Notes under the pieces: generated by a model | What the model was told of the DNA's origin: nothing | Seen by the model: only the letters and a program-made list of their open reading frames with translations | Databases searched by the model: none | NCBI GenBank assembly: GCA_965215185.1 | Contig: OZ244034.1 | Coordinates: 704,001 to 768,000, forward strand | Origin: Acidimicrobiia bacterium | Lineage (GTDB): Bacteria > Actinomycetota > Acidimicrobiia > Spongiisociales > ZC4RG35 | Direction of reading: 5' to 3' | Length of the DNA stretch: 64,000 bases | In this document: positions 1 to 10,641 of the stretch, piece by piece | Layout: each line of letters begins with the position of its first letter | How positions within the stretch are numbered: the first letter of the stretch is position 1 | Translations under genes and position numbers: made by a program

Positions 1-1
1 T

Positions 2-451
2 TCGGACACCGGCCTGACCGGTCGCAAACTGGTGGTGGACACCTATGGCGGGTACGGTCCGCACGGGGGTGGGGCCCTTTCCGGGAAAGACCCCACCAAG
101 GTAGACAGATCGGCTTCCTACGCCGCTCGTCACGCGGCCAAGAATCTGGTGGCAGCCGGACTTGCCCAGCAGTGTTCCCTGCAACTCAGCTATGTGATCG
201 GATCGCCGAACCCTCTCTCGCTTCATGTCGACTGCTACAACACCAACACGGCGCCGCTGCCGGCCTTGGAGAGGGCCCTGCTGGAGGTGCTTAGTTTTCG
301 CCCGCAACACATGATCGAAAACCTTGGACTTTGGGAGACCTGTTTCAGCGATACCACCCTGTACGGTCACTTCGGCCGGGAAGACGCCGGCTTTTCCTGG
401 GAGAGAACCGACTTCACCGAGCAGTTGAGGGCCGCGGCGCAATCGCGGTGA
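2..451 (+). CDS. metK: S-adenosylmethionine synthetase, C-terminal part (5' end outside the window)
   Basis: DTGLTGRKLVVDTYGG...HGGGALSGKDPTKVDRS signature; YGHFGR near the C-terminus. Confidence 0.97.
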   Translation, partial: SDTGLTGRKLVVDTYGGYGPHGGGALSGKDPTKVDRSASYAARHAAKNLVAAGLAQQCSLQLSYVIGSPNPLSLHVDCYNTNTAPLPALERALLEVLSFRPQHMIENLGLWETCFSDTTLYGHFGREDAGFSWERTDFTEQLRAAAQSR

Positions 452-2250
452 CTGCTGTCCGGGTAATCCCGGCAGTGCCCGCCTTTGAGGTGGAGCAGGG
501 ATTCTGGTATTCGATCCCGGCCCACTTGACCGAACGAATCGGCTTGGGAGCCAAGGTGCGGATTCCGCTGGGAAGCGGACACACCCATGGATACGTGGTG
601 GAGCAAGGCGACCGCCCGCCCCACAAACTCAAACCCGTCTCCTCCATAAGCGGTGACCTCCCGGTTTTTGACGCGGCCCTTCTGTCGGTGTGTCGATGGG
701 CTGCTCATCACTATGTGAGCCCCCTCTCCACCATCTTGTCCAAGACCGCTCCTCCCAACGCTCCCCGAAAGCCGGCCCCCCAGCAAGTGTCGCCCCCGCC
801 GGCACCGATGGATCTTGAGCATCCGGCTTCCCGGCTGGGAGAGGACGCGGCCCGGGGCCGCCGCAGAAGGCCGGGATGTCTGCTCATGAACCCCGATGGC
901 GGGGAATGGGCGAGGCCACTTCTGGGACCAACCTTGGAGGCAGGTAGGTCGGCTATGGTGGTGGTGCCCACCGTCTTGGAGGAAGAACGGATGACCCGCC
1001 TTCTTCATGAGATTTATCCCGGTCGGGTGATGGGGGCCAGTTCTCGGCACACCGACCGTCATAGGACCACGGTGTGGGCACACCTGGCTACTCGGGAAGG
1101 GATGTTGTTGGTGGCAACTCCTGCGTCGGTCCTGTGGCCGATGTCCGTCCCCGGAGCGCTGGTGGTGGTGGAAGACGGGCGGCGGGCCCATAAGAGCCGG
1201 AAAAGTCCAACGGTCGGAACCCGTCGGCTTCTTCGGGAGAGGAGCATCCGGGAAGGATCGGCACTGGCTGCGGTGGGGCCCTTTCCCAGTGTGGATTTCC
1301 TGGCTCTGGGACCCGATCTCTTTCACAGTCGGTCCCGCCAAAGGCTCTGGTCGCACATCGAGGTGGTGAACCGAAGGGAAGTTGGTTTCACCGGCCTGTT
1401 CCACCCTCTCACCCTGTCCGCGCTGCGGACGGTGGCCTCGGCGGGACGGGCTTTCGTCTTCGCTCACCGACAGGGTTATGCCCCCGCTATGCGTTGCGGG
1501 GCGTGTAAGACGCTGCGCCGTTGTCCAGAGTGTGGAGGTCGGGCAGAGAGGGATTCGATGTGTCAAAGGTGTGGTACCGAGTTGGGCGCTTGCCGCAACT
1601 GCGGCAAGGGGTTTTTCGAGCCGTTGGGGGCGGGGGTGGAGCGGGTGCGCATTGAAGTTCGTCGCCTTTTGGGGGGAAGTTCGGTGGGGGTGGTGGGTGA
1701 AGAGGCGCCTATCACGGTGGGAACCGAGGCTGCCCTGGCCGGGGCGGGAGTCTTTGATCTGGTGGTTGTGGTGGACGCTGACGGGCTGTTCTACGCCCCC
1801 CACTACCGAGCGGAGGAGGAGGCGCTTCGCGTAATGGTTCGACTGGCGGGGCGACTGTCTCACGGTGGCGGGCGTCGATTGCTGGTGCAGACCTCAACTC
1901 CGGGTCACCGGGTGCTTTCTGCTCTGCGCAAGGGGGATGGAATGGCTTTCCTCCAGGAGGAGTTGGACCGTCGGATTCAGGCGGGTTTTCCGCCGCAGGG
2001 ACAGTTGATGGCGGTCGAAATTCGGGGCCAGCACTCCGAGACGGCTTCCCAGCGGTTTGGGTCCGAGATGGGAGGGCTTGGTAGCCAGAAGGCAGCAGTG
2101 CATGGGCCGGTCGATTTCTCATCCGGTCTGCGTTGGTTAGTGGAGGGAGAGGACTTGTGGGAGGTGAAAGGGAGGTTGCGCCCGCTGGTGTCCAGGTGGC
2201 GGCAGCGGGGGTTGGTGGTGCGGGTGGATGTGGATCCCATTGACTTGTAA
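448..2250 (+). CDS. priA: Primosomal protein N' (actinobacterial type, helicase motifs degenerate)
   Basis: N-terminal 3'-DNA-binding-like region (VRIPLG..GYVV, WAAHHY); four CxxC pairs after HRQGYAP; C-terminal VRVDVDPIDL; GTG start overlaps the metK stop. Confidence 0.9.
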   Translation: MTAVRVIPAVPAFEVEQGFWYSIPAHLTERIGLGAKVRIPLGSGHTHGYVVEQGDRPPHKLKPVSSISGDLPVFDAALLSVCRWAAHHYVSPLSTILSKTAPPNAPRKPAPQQVSPPPAPMDLEHPASRLGEDAARGRRRRPGCLLMNPDGGEWARPLLGPTLEAGRSAMVVVPTVLEEERMTRLLHEIYPGRVMGASSRHTDRHRTTVWAHLATREGMLLVATPASVLWPMSVPGALVVVEDGRRAHKSRKSPTVGTRRLLRERSIREGSALAAVGPFPSVDFLALGPDLFHSRSRQRLWSHIEVVNRREVGFTGLFHPLTLSALRTVASAGRAFVFAHRQGYAPAMRCGACKTLRRCPECGGRAERDSMCQRCGTELGACRNCGKGFFEPLGAGVERVRIEVRRLLGGSSVGVVGEEAPITVGTEAALAGAGVFDLVVVVDADGLFYAPHYRAEEEALRVMVRLAGRLSHGGGRRLLVQTSTPGHRVLSALRKGDGMAFLQEELDRRIQAGFPPQGQLMAVEIRGQHSETASQRFGSEMGGLGSQKAAVHGPVDFSSGLRWLVEGEDLWEVKGRLRPLVSRWRQRGLVVRVDVDPIDL

Positions 2251-2265
2251 GATTGAGAATCGCTA

Positions 2266-2760
2266 ATGGCCACTCTTCCTATTCGTGTGTTCGGCGATCC
2301 GGTCCTGAGGGCAATCTCTACACCAGTGATGGAGATCAACGGTCGGATCAAAAAGCTGGTTGATGACATGATCGAGACTATGTATGACGCTCCCGGGGTG
2401 GGGCTGGCCGCCCCCCAGGTGGGGGTGGGGCGGCGTGTCTTCGTTTTTGACATCCTCGACGATCAGGGGCCCCGCACTGTCATAAATCCGCAGTTGGTGG
2501 AAACTTCTGGGGAGTGGGAGTACGACGAGGGGTGCCTTTCCGTGCCCGAGTACTTCTGGCCGATCCGCCGTCCGGCTTGGGCGGTGGTGAGGGGGTTGGA
2601 TTTGGAGGGCAACGAGGTGGAGTGCGGGGGAGACGAACTTCTGGGCAGGGTGCTTCAGCACGAATTTGATCATCTCAATGGCGTGTTGCTGTTGGAGCGT
2701 CTTGACCGAGGCGAGCGGAAAAAGGCTTTGCGGGCGATTAGGGAAGACGCCTTGGGGTAA
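2266..2760 (+). CDS. def: Peptide deformylase
   Basis: GVGLAAPQVG, EGCLS and QHEFDHL motifs. Confidence 0.97.
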   Translation: MATLPIRVFGDPVLRAISTPVMEINGRIKKLVDDMIETMYDAPGVGLAAPQVGVGRRVFVFDILDDQGPRTVINPQLVETSGEWEYDEGCLSVPEYFWPIRRPAWAVVRGLDLEGNEVECGGDELLGRVLQHEFDHLNGVLLLERLDRGERKKALRAIREDALG

Positions 2761-2780
2761 TAACACGATTCCATTCCGGT

Positions 2781-3710
2781 TTGGAACGGGTGGTGTTCTT
2801 GGGGACTCCCACCGCCGCGGTCCCCGCTCTGCGGGCCCTGGCTCAGAGGGCGGAGGTTGCTTTGGTGATCACCCGTGAAGATCGCAGGAGAGGCAGATCC
2901 GGTCGAAAGAGCCCCTCAGAGGTAAAGAAGGCTGCCGGGGAGCTGGGGCTGCCCACGGCGTGTCCCACCGATCGGGCCGGATTGCTCAAGGCCCTGCAAG
3001 AGGCGGGTCCCATCCAGTTGGGGGTGGTGGCTGCCTACGGGATGCTGCTCACCCCGCCGATGCTGGAGACGGCTGCGGCCGGGTTCGTCAACGTCCACTT
3101 TTCCTTGTTGCCCCGCTGGCGGGGAGCTGCGCCGGTGGCGGCAGCCATCCGCGCCGGGGACCCGGTCACCGGAGTGAGTCTGATACGCATGACCGAGGGT
3201 TTGGACACCGGACCGGTGCTGGCGTCCGCCACCCACGGCATCGGGGAAAGGGACACCCGGGGAGAACTGACCGAAAAACTCTCGCATCTGGGGGCGGCAT
3301 TGCTGGAGAAGAACCTGGTGGGGTTGATGGCGGGCGGCCTGGAGGAAAGACCCCAGCACGAGCCGGACGCCACCTACGCCCCCCGATTGACATCCGAAGA
3401 CGCCCGCCTGCACTTTGACCGGCCTGCCGAGCAGTTGGCCCGGCAGGTGAAAGCCATGGCGCCCCGCCCGGGCGCCTTCGCGTGGTGGGGCCAGAGCCGG
3501 ATGCGCATCCTGCAGGCTGGGTGGGCTTTCTCTTCTCCCTTGAGTCTTCGCGTAGGAGAGTTGGCCGTGGCCCATCGGGATCTTTGGTGCGGGGCTGGGC
3601 GCGGCTCATTGATACTGGAGAGCATCCAGCCGCCCGGCAAGGGAGTGATGCCGGGCGCGGCCTGGGCGAGGGGAGTGCGTGGGGAGTTGGGGTTCCTGAC
3701 TTCGGAGTAA
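2781..3710 (+). CDS. fmt: Methionyl-tRNA formyltransferase
   Basis: VVFLGTP, NVHFSLLPRWRGAAP, GLDTG motifs; follows def. Confidence 0.96.
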   Translation: MERVVFLGTPTAAVPALRALAQRAEVALVITREDRRRGRSGRKSPSEVKKAAGELGLPTACPTDRAGLLKALQEAGPIQLGVVAAYGMLLTPPMLETAAAGFVNVHFSLLPRWRGAAPVAAAIRAGDPVTGVSLIRMTEGLDTGPVLASATHGIGERDTRGELTEKLSHLGAALLEKNLVGLMAGGLEERPQHEPDATYAPRLTSEDARLHFDRPAEQLARQVKAMAPRPGAFAWWGQSRMRILQAGWAFSSPLSLRVGELAVAHRDLWCGAGRGSLILESIQPPGKGVMPGAAWARGVRGELGFLTSE

Positions 3711-3736
3711 ACGCCCGGTAAGTAGTCTTTGGGGAC

Positions 3737-4423
3737 GTGGTCCGCAAGATTCGTGTAGCCCCTTCGGTCTTGGCTGCCGATTTGGGACAACTGCGATCGG
3801 AGATGGAGAGGGTTGCCTCCGGGGTCGACATGTTCCACCTCGACGTCATGGATGGGATCTATGTCCCGAACCTGACGTTTGGTCCACCGGTGATCAAATG
3901 GGTCCGCCCCGCGGTCAACACGTTATTCGACTGCCATTTGATGGTTTCCCGGCCTTTGGAGTTGCTGGAGCCCCTGGCGGAGGCGGGCGCCGATCATGTA
4001 ACCGTTCACACCGATGTCTGTCCCGATCCCAGCAAAGCCAGTCGGCTGGCCCGCCGACTCGGGATGGGGTTCGGTTTGGCGCTTTCACCTTCCGTTCCGG
4101 CATCGGTGGTGCGTCCCCATCTTCCTCACTTGGATATGGTGGTGGTGATGTCCGTCGAGCCGGGTTTTGGAGGGCAGCGGTTCATACCGGAGGTGCTTTC
4201 CAAAGTAAGGACCATCCGCAGTTGGATAGACGAGGAGGGCTTGGCAACCGCTCTGCAGATAGACGGTGGCATTGACCCGCAGACAGTTGCGCTGGCCGCG
4301 ACCGCGGGGGCTGATGTCTTCGTGGCGGGTACCGCCATCTTCGCCCGGTCCGATCCCCTGGGGGCGGTACAGGCATTGCGCAAGGCAATCGCTGATGCGC
4401 CCCCTTTTTTGGATGTCAGCTAG
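3737..4423 (+). CDS. rpe: Ribulose-phosphate 3-epimerase
   Basis: APSVLAAD, HLDVMDG, DCHLMV, MSVEPGFGGQ, IDGGI motifs. Confidence 0.96.
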   Translation: MVRKIRVAPSVLAADLGQLRSEMERVASGVDMFHLDVMDGIYVPNLTFGPPVIKWVRPAVNTLFDCHLMVSRPLELLEPLAEAGADHVTVHTDVCPDPSKASRLARRLGMGFGLALSPSVPASVVRPHLPHLDMVVVMSVEPGFGGQRFIPEVLSKVRTIRSWIDEEGLATALQIDGGIDPQTVALAATAGADVFVAGTAIFARSDPLGAVQALRKAIADAPPFLDVS

Positions 4424-4429
4424 AAGCTC

Positions 4430-5509
4430 ATGGGTTTGAGTACCCCTGAGCAGCGGCGATGGCTACGTCTCGCCTTGAAATCGACTCTGTCCACCTATCC
4501 CCATCCCAATCCCCGGGTGGGGGCTTTGGTTCTGGATCCTTCGGGGCGAAAGGTGGGTAGCGGAGTCCACCAGGGGCCGGGCAACCCTCATGCCGAGATT
4601 CTGGCGCTGGGGCAGGCAGGGGACAGCGCCCGGGGCGGGGTGATCTTCACCACCTTGGAGCCTTGCGTTCATTACGGACGTACGCCTCCCTGTGTGGACA
4701 GTATCCGCGTTTCGGGAGTGGCGTCGGTGGTGGTGGGCGCGTTGGATCCCGATCAGCGAGTTTCAGGGCGCAGCGCCGCCCTCTTGGAAGCGGCCGGCAT
4801 AGAGGTGGTGGGTCCGCTGTCAACCGAGGAGGTGGAGGCGGCCGATCCCGGTTACTTTCATCACCGCCGCACCGGCCGTCCGCTCTTCACTTTCAAGGCT
4901 GCTGCCACTTTGGACGGATGGACAGCAGCCCGGGACGGGACCTCGCAGTGGATATCGGGTCCAGCCGCCCGCCGTGACGGGCATGGCCTGCGGGCTGATG
5001 CGGACGCAGTCATGGTGGGGGCCGGGACTCTCCGGTCCGACGACCCCCGGCTGACGGTGCGGATCAGCGGCCACCGGGGTCCCCAGCCGGTGCCGGTGGT
5101 GGTGGCAGGTCGCTCTCCACTGCCCCGCGTTCGAAAGCTTTGGGACCGACATCCCCTGATTGTCGCCCCACGCCCTTTGGATGCTTTCCCGCCGGATCGA
5201 CAGGTGGTGGCGCCCGGTGAAGGTGGATTGGTCGATCTGACTGCGGCGGCGCGGGCCTTGGGGGATCGGGGAATATTGGAGGTGTTGGTGGAAGGAGGTC
5301 CTCGACTGGCCGGCGCCATGTGGGCTGCGGGACTGATTGACCGTGGGGTCTTCTATCTGGCGGCCCGGATGGCCGGAGGTGAGGGATGGCCGGTCCTGCA
5401 GGGACTGTTCTCCACGTTGTCGGATGCCAAGCAGGTCACATTTGAAGATGTGCGGCGAGTTGGGGAAGACATCAGAGTCGCATGGCGCGGTCCACAGGAG
5501 AGTGGCTGA
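4430..5509 (+). CDS. ribD: Bifunctional pyrimidine deaminase/reductase (riboflavin synthesis)
   Basis: PNPRVG, HAE, TLEPCVHYGRTPPC; reductase part with SQWISG and VLVEGG. Confidence 0.95.
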   Translation: MGLSTPEQRRWLRLALKSTLSTYPHPNPRVGALVLDPSGRKVGSGVHQGPGNPHAEILALGQAGDSARGGVIFTTLEPCVHYGRTPPCVDSIRVSGVASVVVGALDPDQRVSGRSAALLEAAGIEVVGPLSTEEVEAADPGYFHHRRTGRPLFTFKAAATLDGWTAARDGTSQWISGPAARRDGHGLRADADAVMVGAGTLRSDDPRLTVRISGHRGPQPVPVVVAGRSPLPRVRKLWDRHPLIVAPRPLDAFPPDRQVVAPGEGGLVDLTAAARALGDRGILEVLVEGGPRLAGAMWAAGLIDRGVFYLAARMAGGEGWPVLQGLFSTLSDAKQVTFEDVRRVGEDIRVAWRGPQESG

Positions 5510-6102
5510 TGTTTACGGGAATCGTGGCCGAAGTGGGACGGGTGGTCGGCTCGGGGCGGATGGATAAGGGAAGACGACTGACGATTGAAGCGCCGAACAC
5601 CACCGAAGATCTGAAGGTGGGGGATTCGGTGGCGGTCAACGGGATTTGCCTCACGGCCGTTTCGATTGATTTTCCCCGATTCGAGGTGGAGGCGGTGGCC
5701 GAGACCCTGGCTCGCACCAACCTTGGTGGGGTGAGGAAGGGGTCGTCGGTAAACCTGGAGCGACCGGTCCGCGTGGGCGGAAGACTCGACGGACATATCG
5801 TGCAGGGACACGTCGACGCGGCGGGGGTGGTGATTAGCGTCCAAGCGGAGGGGGAGAGCCGGAGAGTGAAGATCTCGATCCCCGAGGGCTTGGAGCGTTA
5901 TTTGGTATACAAAGGATCGGTGGCGGTGGACGGGGTGGCCCTGACCGTGACGGGGGTAAGCGAAGGGTCCTTCGACGTCGCTTTGATCCCCCACACCCTG
6001 CAGGCCACCACACTGCGAGATTTGGAGGTAGGAGATTCGGCTAATGTTGAGGTGGACATTCTGGCCAAATACGTTGAGAGGCTATTGGAGTTTCGCAGTT
6101 GA
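5509..6102 (+). CDS. ribE: Riboflavin synthase
   Basis: MFTGIV N-terminus, [21 protein letters not shown]; ATG overlaps the ribD stop. Confidence 0.96.
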   Translation: MFTGIVAEVGRVVGSGRMDKGRRLTIEAPNTTEDLKVGDSVAVNGICLTAVSIDFPRFEVEAVAETLARTNLGGVRKGSSVNLERPVRVGGRLDGHIVQGHVDAAGVVISVQAEGESRRVKISIPEGLERYLVYKGSVAVDGVALTVTGVSEGSFDVALIPHTLQATTLRDLEVGDSANVEVDILAKYVERLLEFRS

Positions 6103-7316
6103 AGTTTGCATCCATACCCGAACTTGTCGAAGAGATTAGGAGGGGGGGAATGGTAATCGTCGTGGACGATCCTGATCGGGAGAACGAGGGAGATCTGATC
6201 GTGGCCGCCGAAAAGGTCACCGCCAAACAGATGGGTTTTCTCATTCGACACACCAGCGGGATCGTTTGTCTTCCCATCATCGGCGAGCGTCTTGATGAAC
6301 TGCAGATACCCCTCATGACACCCAGGACGGACCCTTCCGATTTGGGCACCGCCTTCACCGTGGCGGTTGACGCCCGTGACGGCGTCACCACCGGCATTTC
6401 CGCGGCTGATCGTACCCAGACGGTTCGCGCCATGATTGATCCCGAATCACGTCCCGTCGACATCGACCGGCCCGGCCATGTGTATCCGCTTCGCTACCAG
6501 CCCGGAGGAGTGTTGAGACGCGCCGGTCATACCGAAGCCTCGGTTGATCTGATGCGCTTGGCAGGGGTGTACCCGGCAGGGGTGATCGCAGAGGTGATGA
6601 ACGATCAGGGGGAGGTGGCCAAGCTGGAGGAACTCCAACGGTTTGCTCAAGAGCATGGGTTGTTGATCGGCTCGGTCGCCGATCTGATCTCCTATCGCCG
6701 CCGTACCGAGGGCAAGCTGGTGAAACGGGTGGCGAGTGCCCGGATGCCTACCGTCATGGGGGAGTTCAATGCGGTGGGATATCACTCCTTGGTGGATGGA
6801 CGACAGCATGTCGCGCTGGTGATGGGGGAGATAGGGGATGGGGAGGATGTGCTGGTGAGAGTCCATTCCGAGTGCCTCACCGGGGATGTCTTCGGCAGCA
6901 TGCGCTGCGATTGCGGAGAACAGCTGACTCTGGCCATGGTCAAGGTGGCGGAAGAGGGCCGAGGATTGGTGCTGTACATCCGCGGACATGAGGGGCGGGG
7001 AATCGGATTCTTCCCCAAACTCGTTGCCTACAACCTTCAGGATGAGGGGCTGGATACGGTGGACGCCAACCGGAATATGGGACTGCCGGTGGACTCTCGC
7101 GACTATGGGGTAGGGGCGCAGATCCTTTATGACCTGGGGGTCAGATCAATGAAGTTGCTGACCAACAACCCGGTCAAGCGGGCCGGCATTGAGGGATACG
7201 GTTTGACCATCCGAGAGCGCGTTCCGTTGGTGGTGGCCCCCAATGATCAAAACCGCCACTACTTGGAGACCAAAGCCACCCGCATGGGCCACATATACGC
7301 TCCCGACCCCGAATAG
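6099..7316 (+). CDS. ribBA: DHBP synthase / GTP cyclohydrolase II
   Basis: [41 protein letters not shown] motifs. Confidence 0.97.
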   Translation: MKFASIPELVEEIRRGGMVIVVDDPDRENEGDLIVAAEKVTAKQMGFLIRHTSGIVCLPIIGERLDELQIPLMTPRTDPSDLGTAFTVAVDARDGVTTGISAADRTQTVRAMIDPESRPVDIDRPGHVYPLRYQPGGVLRRAGHTEASVDLMRLAGVYPAGVIAEVMNDQGEVAKLEELQRFAQEHGLLIGSVADLISYRRRTEGKLVKRVASARMPTVMGEFNAVGYHSLVDGRQHVALVMGEIGDGEDVLVRVHSECLTGDVFGSMRCDCGEQLTLAMVKVAEEGRGLVLYIRGHEGRGIGFFPKLVAYNLQDEGLDTVDANRNMGLPVDSRDYGVGAQILYDLGVRSMKLLTNNPVKRAGIEGYGLTIRERVPLVVAPNDQNRHYLETKATRMGHIYAPDPE

Positions 7317-7341
7317 GGACATAACCGGGAGCCCAGTCGGA

Positions 7342-8904
7342 TCAGGCCGCCCGGGTGTCCTTTCTGCGAAGCACCCGCCCGGCGGTGGTATTGACCAGGC
7401 ACCCGGCTTCGATGGCGGCTTGGCCGTTGACGAACACGTAGCCCATCCCTGCCGCGTTGTTTCGGGGGTAGTCGAAAGTAGCTCGGTCCTCTATCCTGGC
7501 AGGGTCGAAGACAGCGAGATCGGCGGCCGCCCCCGGTCGGATCGCGCCCCGGTCGACCAGACCGTATCTGGTGGCGGGCATGCCGGTCATTCTCCGTATT
7601 GCGTCGGGTAACTGTAGCCACCCTTTCTCACGCACCAAATGGGCCAGCACCCGAGCGTGGGCGCCAAAACCTCTGGGGTGTGGATAGCTTCCCCGGAAGA
7701 GGCCGTCGGAGCCCACCATCCCCAGTGGATGAGTCATGGCGCGGCGGAGTTTCTCCTGGTCGTTCCACCGGTACACCATCAGCACCCGGAGGCGGCATTC
7801 CACCAGCAGTTTGCACACGGTCTCCGCCAGCGTGTTTCCTACGGCGCCGATTGCGTCGCGGAGCGAACGACCCTCCAACCAGTGGTAGGGACCGTCTGGA
7901 AGTGATGAGAAGAACGCGTCTTGGGGTCGGGAGACGTAGGCCCCGAAGAATCTCTCGATGTCCGGCGCCACGCGTGATTGGACCTCGGGATCGGCCAGCA
8001 ATTCGATCACCCGGCCGGGAGGACCCTGATCCACCCACTGGGGGAGGCAGAAAGCCAAGTGGCTGCTGGCCGCCATGTACGGATACGCGTCGAAGGTAAT
8101 GTCGACGCCCTCGTCCCGGGCGTCCACGAGTTCCTGGTAGAGCTGATCCGATCCGAATAGATGCGAGATGTGCACCGCTATTTGCGCCTCCCGACCGACT
8201 TGCAGGGCTTCACGGACGCCGGTTGTCACATCCCCCCGAATGCCTCGGACGTGGGAGGTGTATACCCCACCGTACTCGGCCACCACCTGCGCCACCGCCA
8301 CCAGTTCTTCGGTGGTGGAGTGCCCAGATGGAAAGTAGTCGAGACCCACCTGGATGCCCGAGGCGCCCTCCTCCATAACCTGGCGGGTGAGATTCTGCAT
8401 GTGTTCGACCTCCGATGGCGTCGCCGGGCGGGGATCCCACCCCACCGCTTCGGCCCGCACCGCGTTGAATCCCACCTGCGGAACCAGGTTGATTCCCACC
8501 TTCCCCTCGAACATTGCCAGGTATTCGCAAGTGTCGGACCACTCCCAGTCCTGTTCGGGAGCACCGTTGAAAACCTCCAGGTAAGCCTTCATCTCGGCCA
8601 GACGCGGCGGCGACAGAGGGGTGTAGGCGAATCCATCCGGCGCCATTAGGTCGGTAGTGATCCCTTGCCGCAGACGGGCCTCCAGGTCGTCTCCACGCAG
8701 CAATGAGAACTCCGAGTGGGAGTGGACATCGATGAAACCGGGGCAGATCGCTAGGCCCCTTGCATCCACCCTGTGGTGGGTTTGGGCGTCATCCAGGCGC
8801 CCGACCGCCGCGATCCGGTTCCCGTTTAGACCCACATCGGCCCGGAACCCGGGGCTCCCCGTTCCGTCGAAAACAGTGCCTCCGGTCAGGAGCCAGTCGA
8901 ACAT
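7342..8904 (-). CDS. D-aminoacylase family amidohydrolase
   Basis: GGTVFDGTG, PGFIDVHSHSE, YTSHVR, HISH, GSDG...HPRGFG, ADLAVFDP. Confidence 0.88.
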   Translation of the reverse strand: MFDWLLTGGTVFDGTGSPGFRADVGLNGNRIAAVGRLDDAQTHHRVDARGLAICPGFIDVHSHSEFSLLRGDDLEARLRQGITTDLMAPDGFAYTPLSPPRLAEMKAYLEVFNGAPEQDWEWSDTCEYLAMFEGKVGINLVPQVGFNAVRAEAVGWDPRPATPSEVEHMQNLTRQVMEEGASGIQVGLDYFPSGHSTTEELVAVAQVVAEYGGVYTSHVRGIRGDVTTGVREALQVGREAQIAVHISHLFGSDQLYQELVDARDEGVDITFDAYPYMAASSHLAFCLPQWVDQGPPGRVIELLADPEVQSRVAPDIERFFGAYVSRPQDAFFSSLPDGPYHWLEGRSLRDAIGAVGNTLAETVCKLLVECRLRVLMVYRWNDQEKLRRAMTHPLGMVGSDGLFRGSYPHPRGFGAHARVLAHLVREKGWLQLPDAIRRMTGMPATRYGLVDRGAIRPGAAADLAVFDPARIEDRATFDYPRNNAAGMGYVFVNGQAAIEAGCLVNTTAGRVLRRKDTRAA

Positions 8905-8983
8905 TCCCGATCCTTGGCGTAACGCGTCACGGTTTCCGATGGTACTTCAGAACTGGTCTTCCAGAAGCCCGGCCGCGACGGTG

Positions 8984-10123
8984 TCAGAGAGTGATGACCA
9001 GTTTGCCGACATGGCTCTTGGCCAAAAAGGCCTCTTGTGCGGCGTGGATCTCCGATAGCGGGTAAGAGCCACCTACGATCGACCGGACCAAGCCGCCCTC
9101 GATGTAACCCACCAGATCCGAAAACACTCCAGGTTCGTAGACAGTTGCACCGTGAAGCGTGAGATCCTTCAGATAGAGGGTTCTTAGATCAAGCTCTACC
9201 ATCGGCCCGGCTATGGCCCCGGAAGTGAGGTACCTCCCCCGGTGGCGCAATACCTCCAGCCAACCTCCAAAATCATCACCGCCCACCACATCGGCCACTA
9301 CGTGGAAAGGCCCTCCGTTGGCCTCCATGGCTGTCTGAGGAACCTGACCGACCTGCCGGATCGCTACATGATCGGCGCCGAGGTCGCTCACCTCATCGAG
9401 TTTGGCCGCAGTGGTTATGGCGACCACCCGGGCGCCCCGGAGCTTGGCAAGTTGCACCAGCGCGCTGCCCACCCCTCCCGATGCCCCCGGCACCACTATC
9501 GTCTCCCCGCCGCGGAGGTTGGCCAGCTGCAGCATATGTTCGGCGGTCGACCAGGAACACGGGAAGGCAGCCAGTTCCAGGTCAGAGAGGTCGGTGGAGA
9601 TGGGATACACGTTTTCGCTCGGTGCTGTGCAGTATTCGGCAAAGCCGCCATCACGTTCGCTTCCCACGTATCCGGCGAACTCGGGCTGGTCGGGGCGAAG
9701 TCGATCTCGCAGGCAAGGATCGACCATCACTCGACGGCCGATGAGATCGGGATTGGCTCCGTCTCCAACTTCCACCACCACCCCGACAACGTCGGAGCCT
9801 TGAATGCGGGGAAAGGACAGCCCCCTCCGACTCCATCCCACGTCACGGAGGTCAGCGTCGTCGTAACCGGATTCGCTGGTGGCGGTGGTTATCGAACGGC
9901 TGTACCAACCCACGCGGGTGTTGATATCTGAGTTGTTGAGACCGCAGGCGGCCACGCTCACCACAACATCGCCGGGTTCGGCGCGGGGTACCGGTACGTC
10001 GTCGCGGACCTGTAGCGCTTCGGGTCCTCCGATGCCCAGCAGTAGCGCGGCTCTCATGGTTTTGGGCCTGGCGGTGTTTTCACTTGGGTCCTGACCCGTC
10101 ACGTTCTGTTCAACTTTGCTCAT
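8984..10123 (-). CDS. Zinc-type alcohol dehydrogenase-like (MDR family) oxidoreductase; start uncertain (10123 or 10057)
   Basis: GGPEALQVRDDVPVP, PRIQGSDVVG, GGFAEY, GASGGVG, GKLVITL. Confidence 0.88.
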   Translation of the reverse strand: MSKVEQNVTGQDPSENTARPKTMRAALLLGIGGPEALQVRDDVPVPRAEPGDVVVSVAACGLNNSDINTRVGWYSRSITTATSESGYDDADLRDVGWSRRGLSFPRIQGSDVVGVVVEVGDGANPDLIGRRVMVDPCLRDRLRPDQPEFAGYVGSERDGGFAEYCTAPSENVYPISTDLSDLELAAFPCSWSTAEHMLQLANLRGGETIVVPGASGGVGSALVQLAKLRGARVVAITTAAKLDEVSDLGADHVAIRQVGQVPQTAMEANGGPFHVVADVVGGDDFGGWLEVLRHRGRYLTSGAIAGPMVELDLRTLYLKDLTLHGATVYEPGVFSDLVGYIEGGLVRSIVGGSYPLSEIHAAQEAFLAKSHVGKLVITL

Positions 10124-10327
10124 CTTGGCAGCCGATCCTTGCTCATAGAACGTCCCGCCTTCGCTGTGTCTCTCAGTGGACTTCAAATGACCATAAGGAG
10201 GCTAACGCAAACCGGCGACCGCCAATGAGAGCGACAATTCCCAAGGGGTGTTTTCCGGGTTTGGCGGCGCCCACCCTTTCTCTTAGGGTTGCGATCCGCA
10301 GGACGCGTCCAAATAAAGGAGCAGGAC

Positions 10328-10519
10328 ATGAGACTGGCATGCGAGGGTTGTGACTGGGCAATCGAGCAGGAGACAGCTGACGAACTCCACACCGCGATGA
10401 TGAAGCATGGCGAGGAAACCCACTCGAACCTCTTCGAAGGGAAGACCCCCGAGGAACTCGAGGCGATGAAGAAGATGATGACCGTCCACGTCTATGAGAT
10501 GATCGCAGCTCAGAACTGA
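10328..10519 (+). CDS. Small putative metal-binding protein, DUF1059-like (63 aa)
   Basis: CEGC near the N-terminus plus HxxxxH; strong AAGGAG RBS before ATG 10328. Confidence 0.65.
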   Translation: MRLACEGCDWAIEQETADELHTAMMKHGEETHSNLFEGKTPEELEAMKKMMTVHVYEMIAAQN

Positions 10520-10641
10520 TCCATCTGGCCCGGTCGGCGCCGAAATCCTGATGTGAGAGCGCTGGCGCCTCTCGGAATCCGGATAGGGGCCGCCGGACTA
10601 GATTAAGCAGACTGAACCTATGTCCAGAAAGGAGCAGGGAA

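Noticed and set aside
367-1863. 498-aa ORF antisense to priA, and similar long shadow ORFs (e.g. 20732-21649, 25522-26442, 36544-37536)
   Set aside because: They overlap well-supported genes, have no recognisable motifs, and are typical of high-GC DNA.
448-2250. PriA lacks Walker A and DExH motifs
   Set aside because: Helicase-degenerate PriA is already known in actinobacteria; the frame is intact, so it is neither a pseudogene nor novel.
4424-4429. FMN riboswitch before the rib genes
   Set aside because: rpe and ribD are 6 bp apart, leaving no room.
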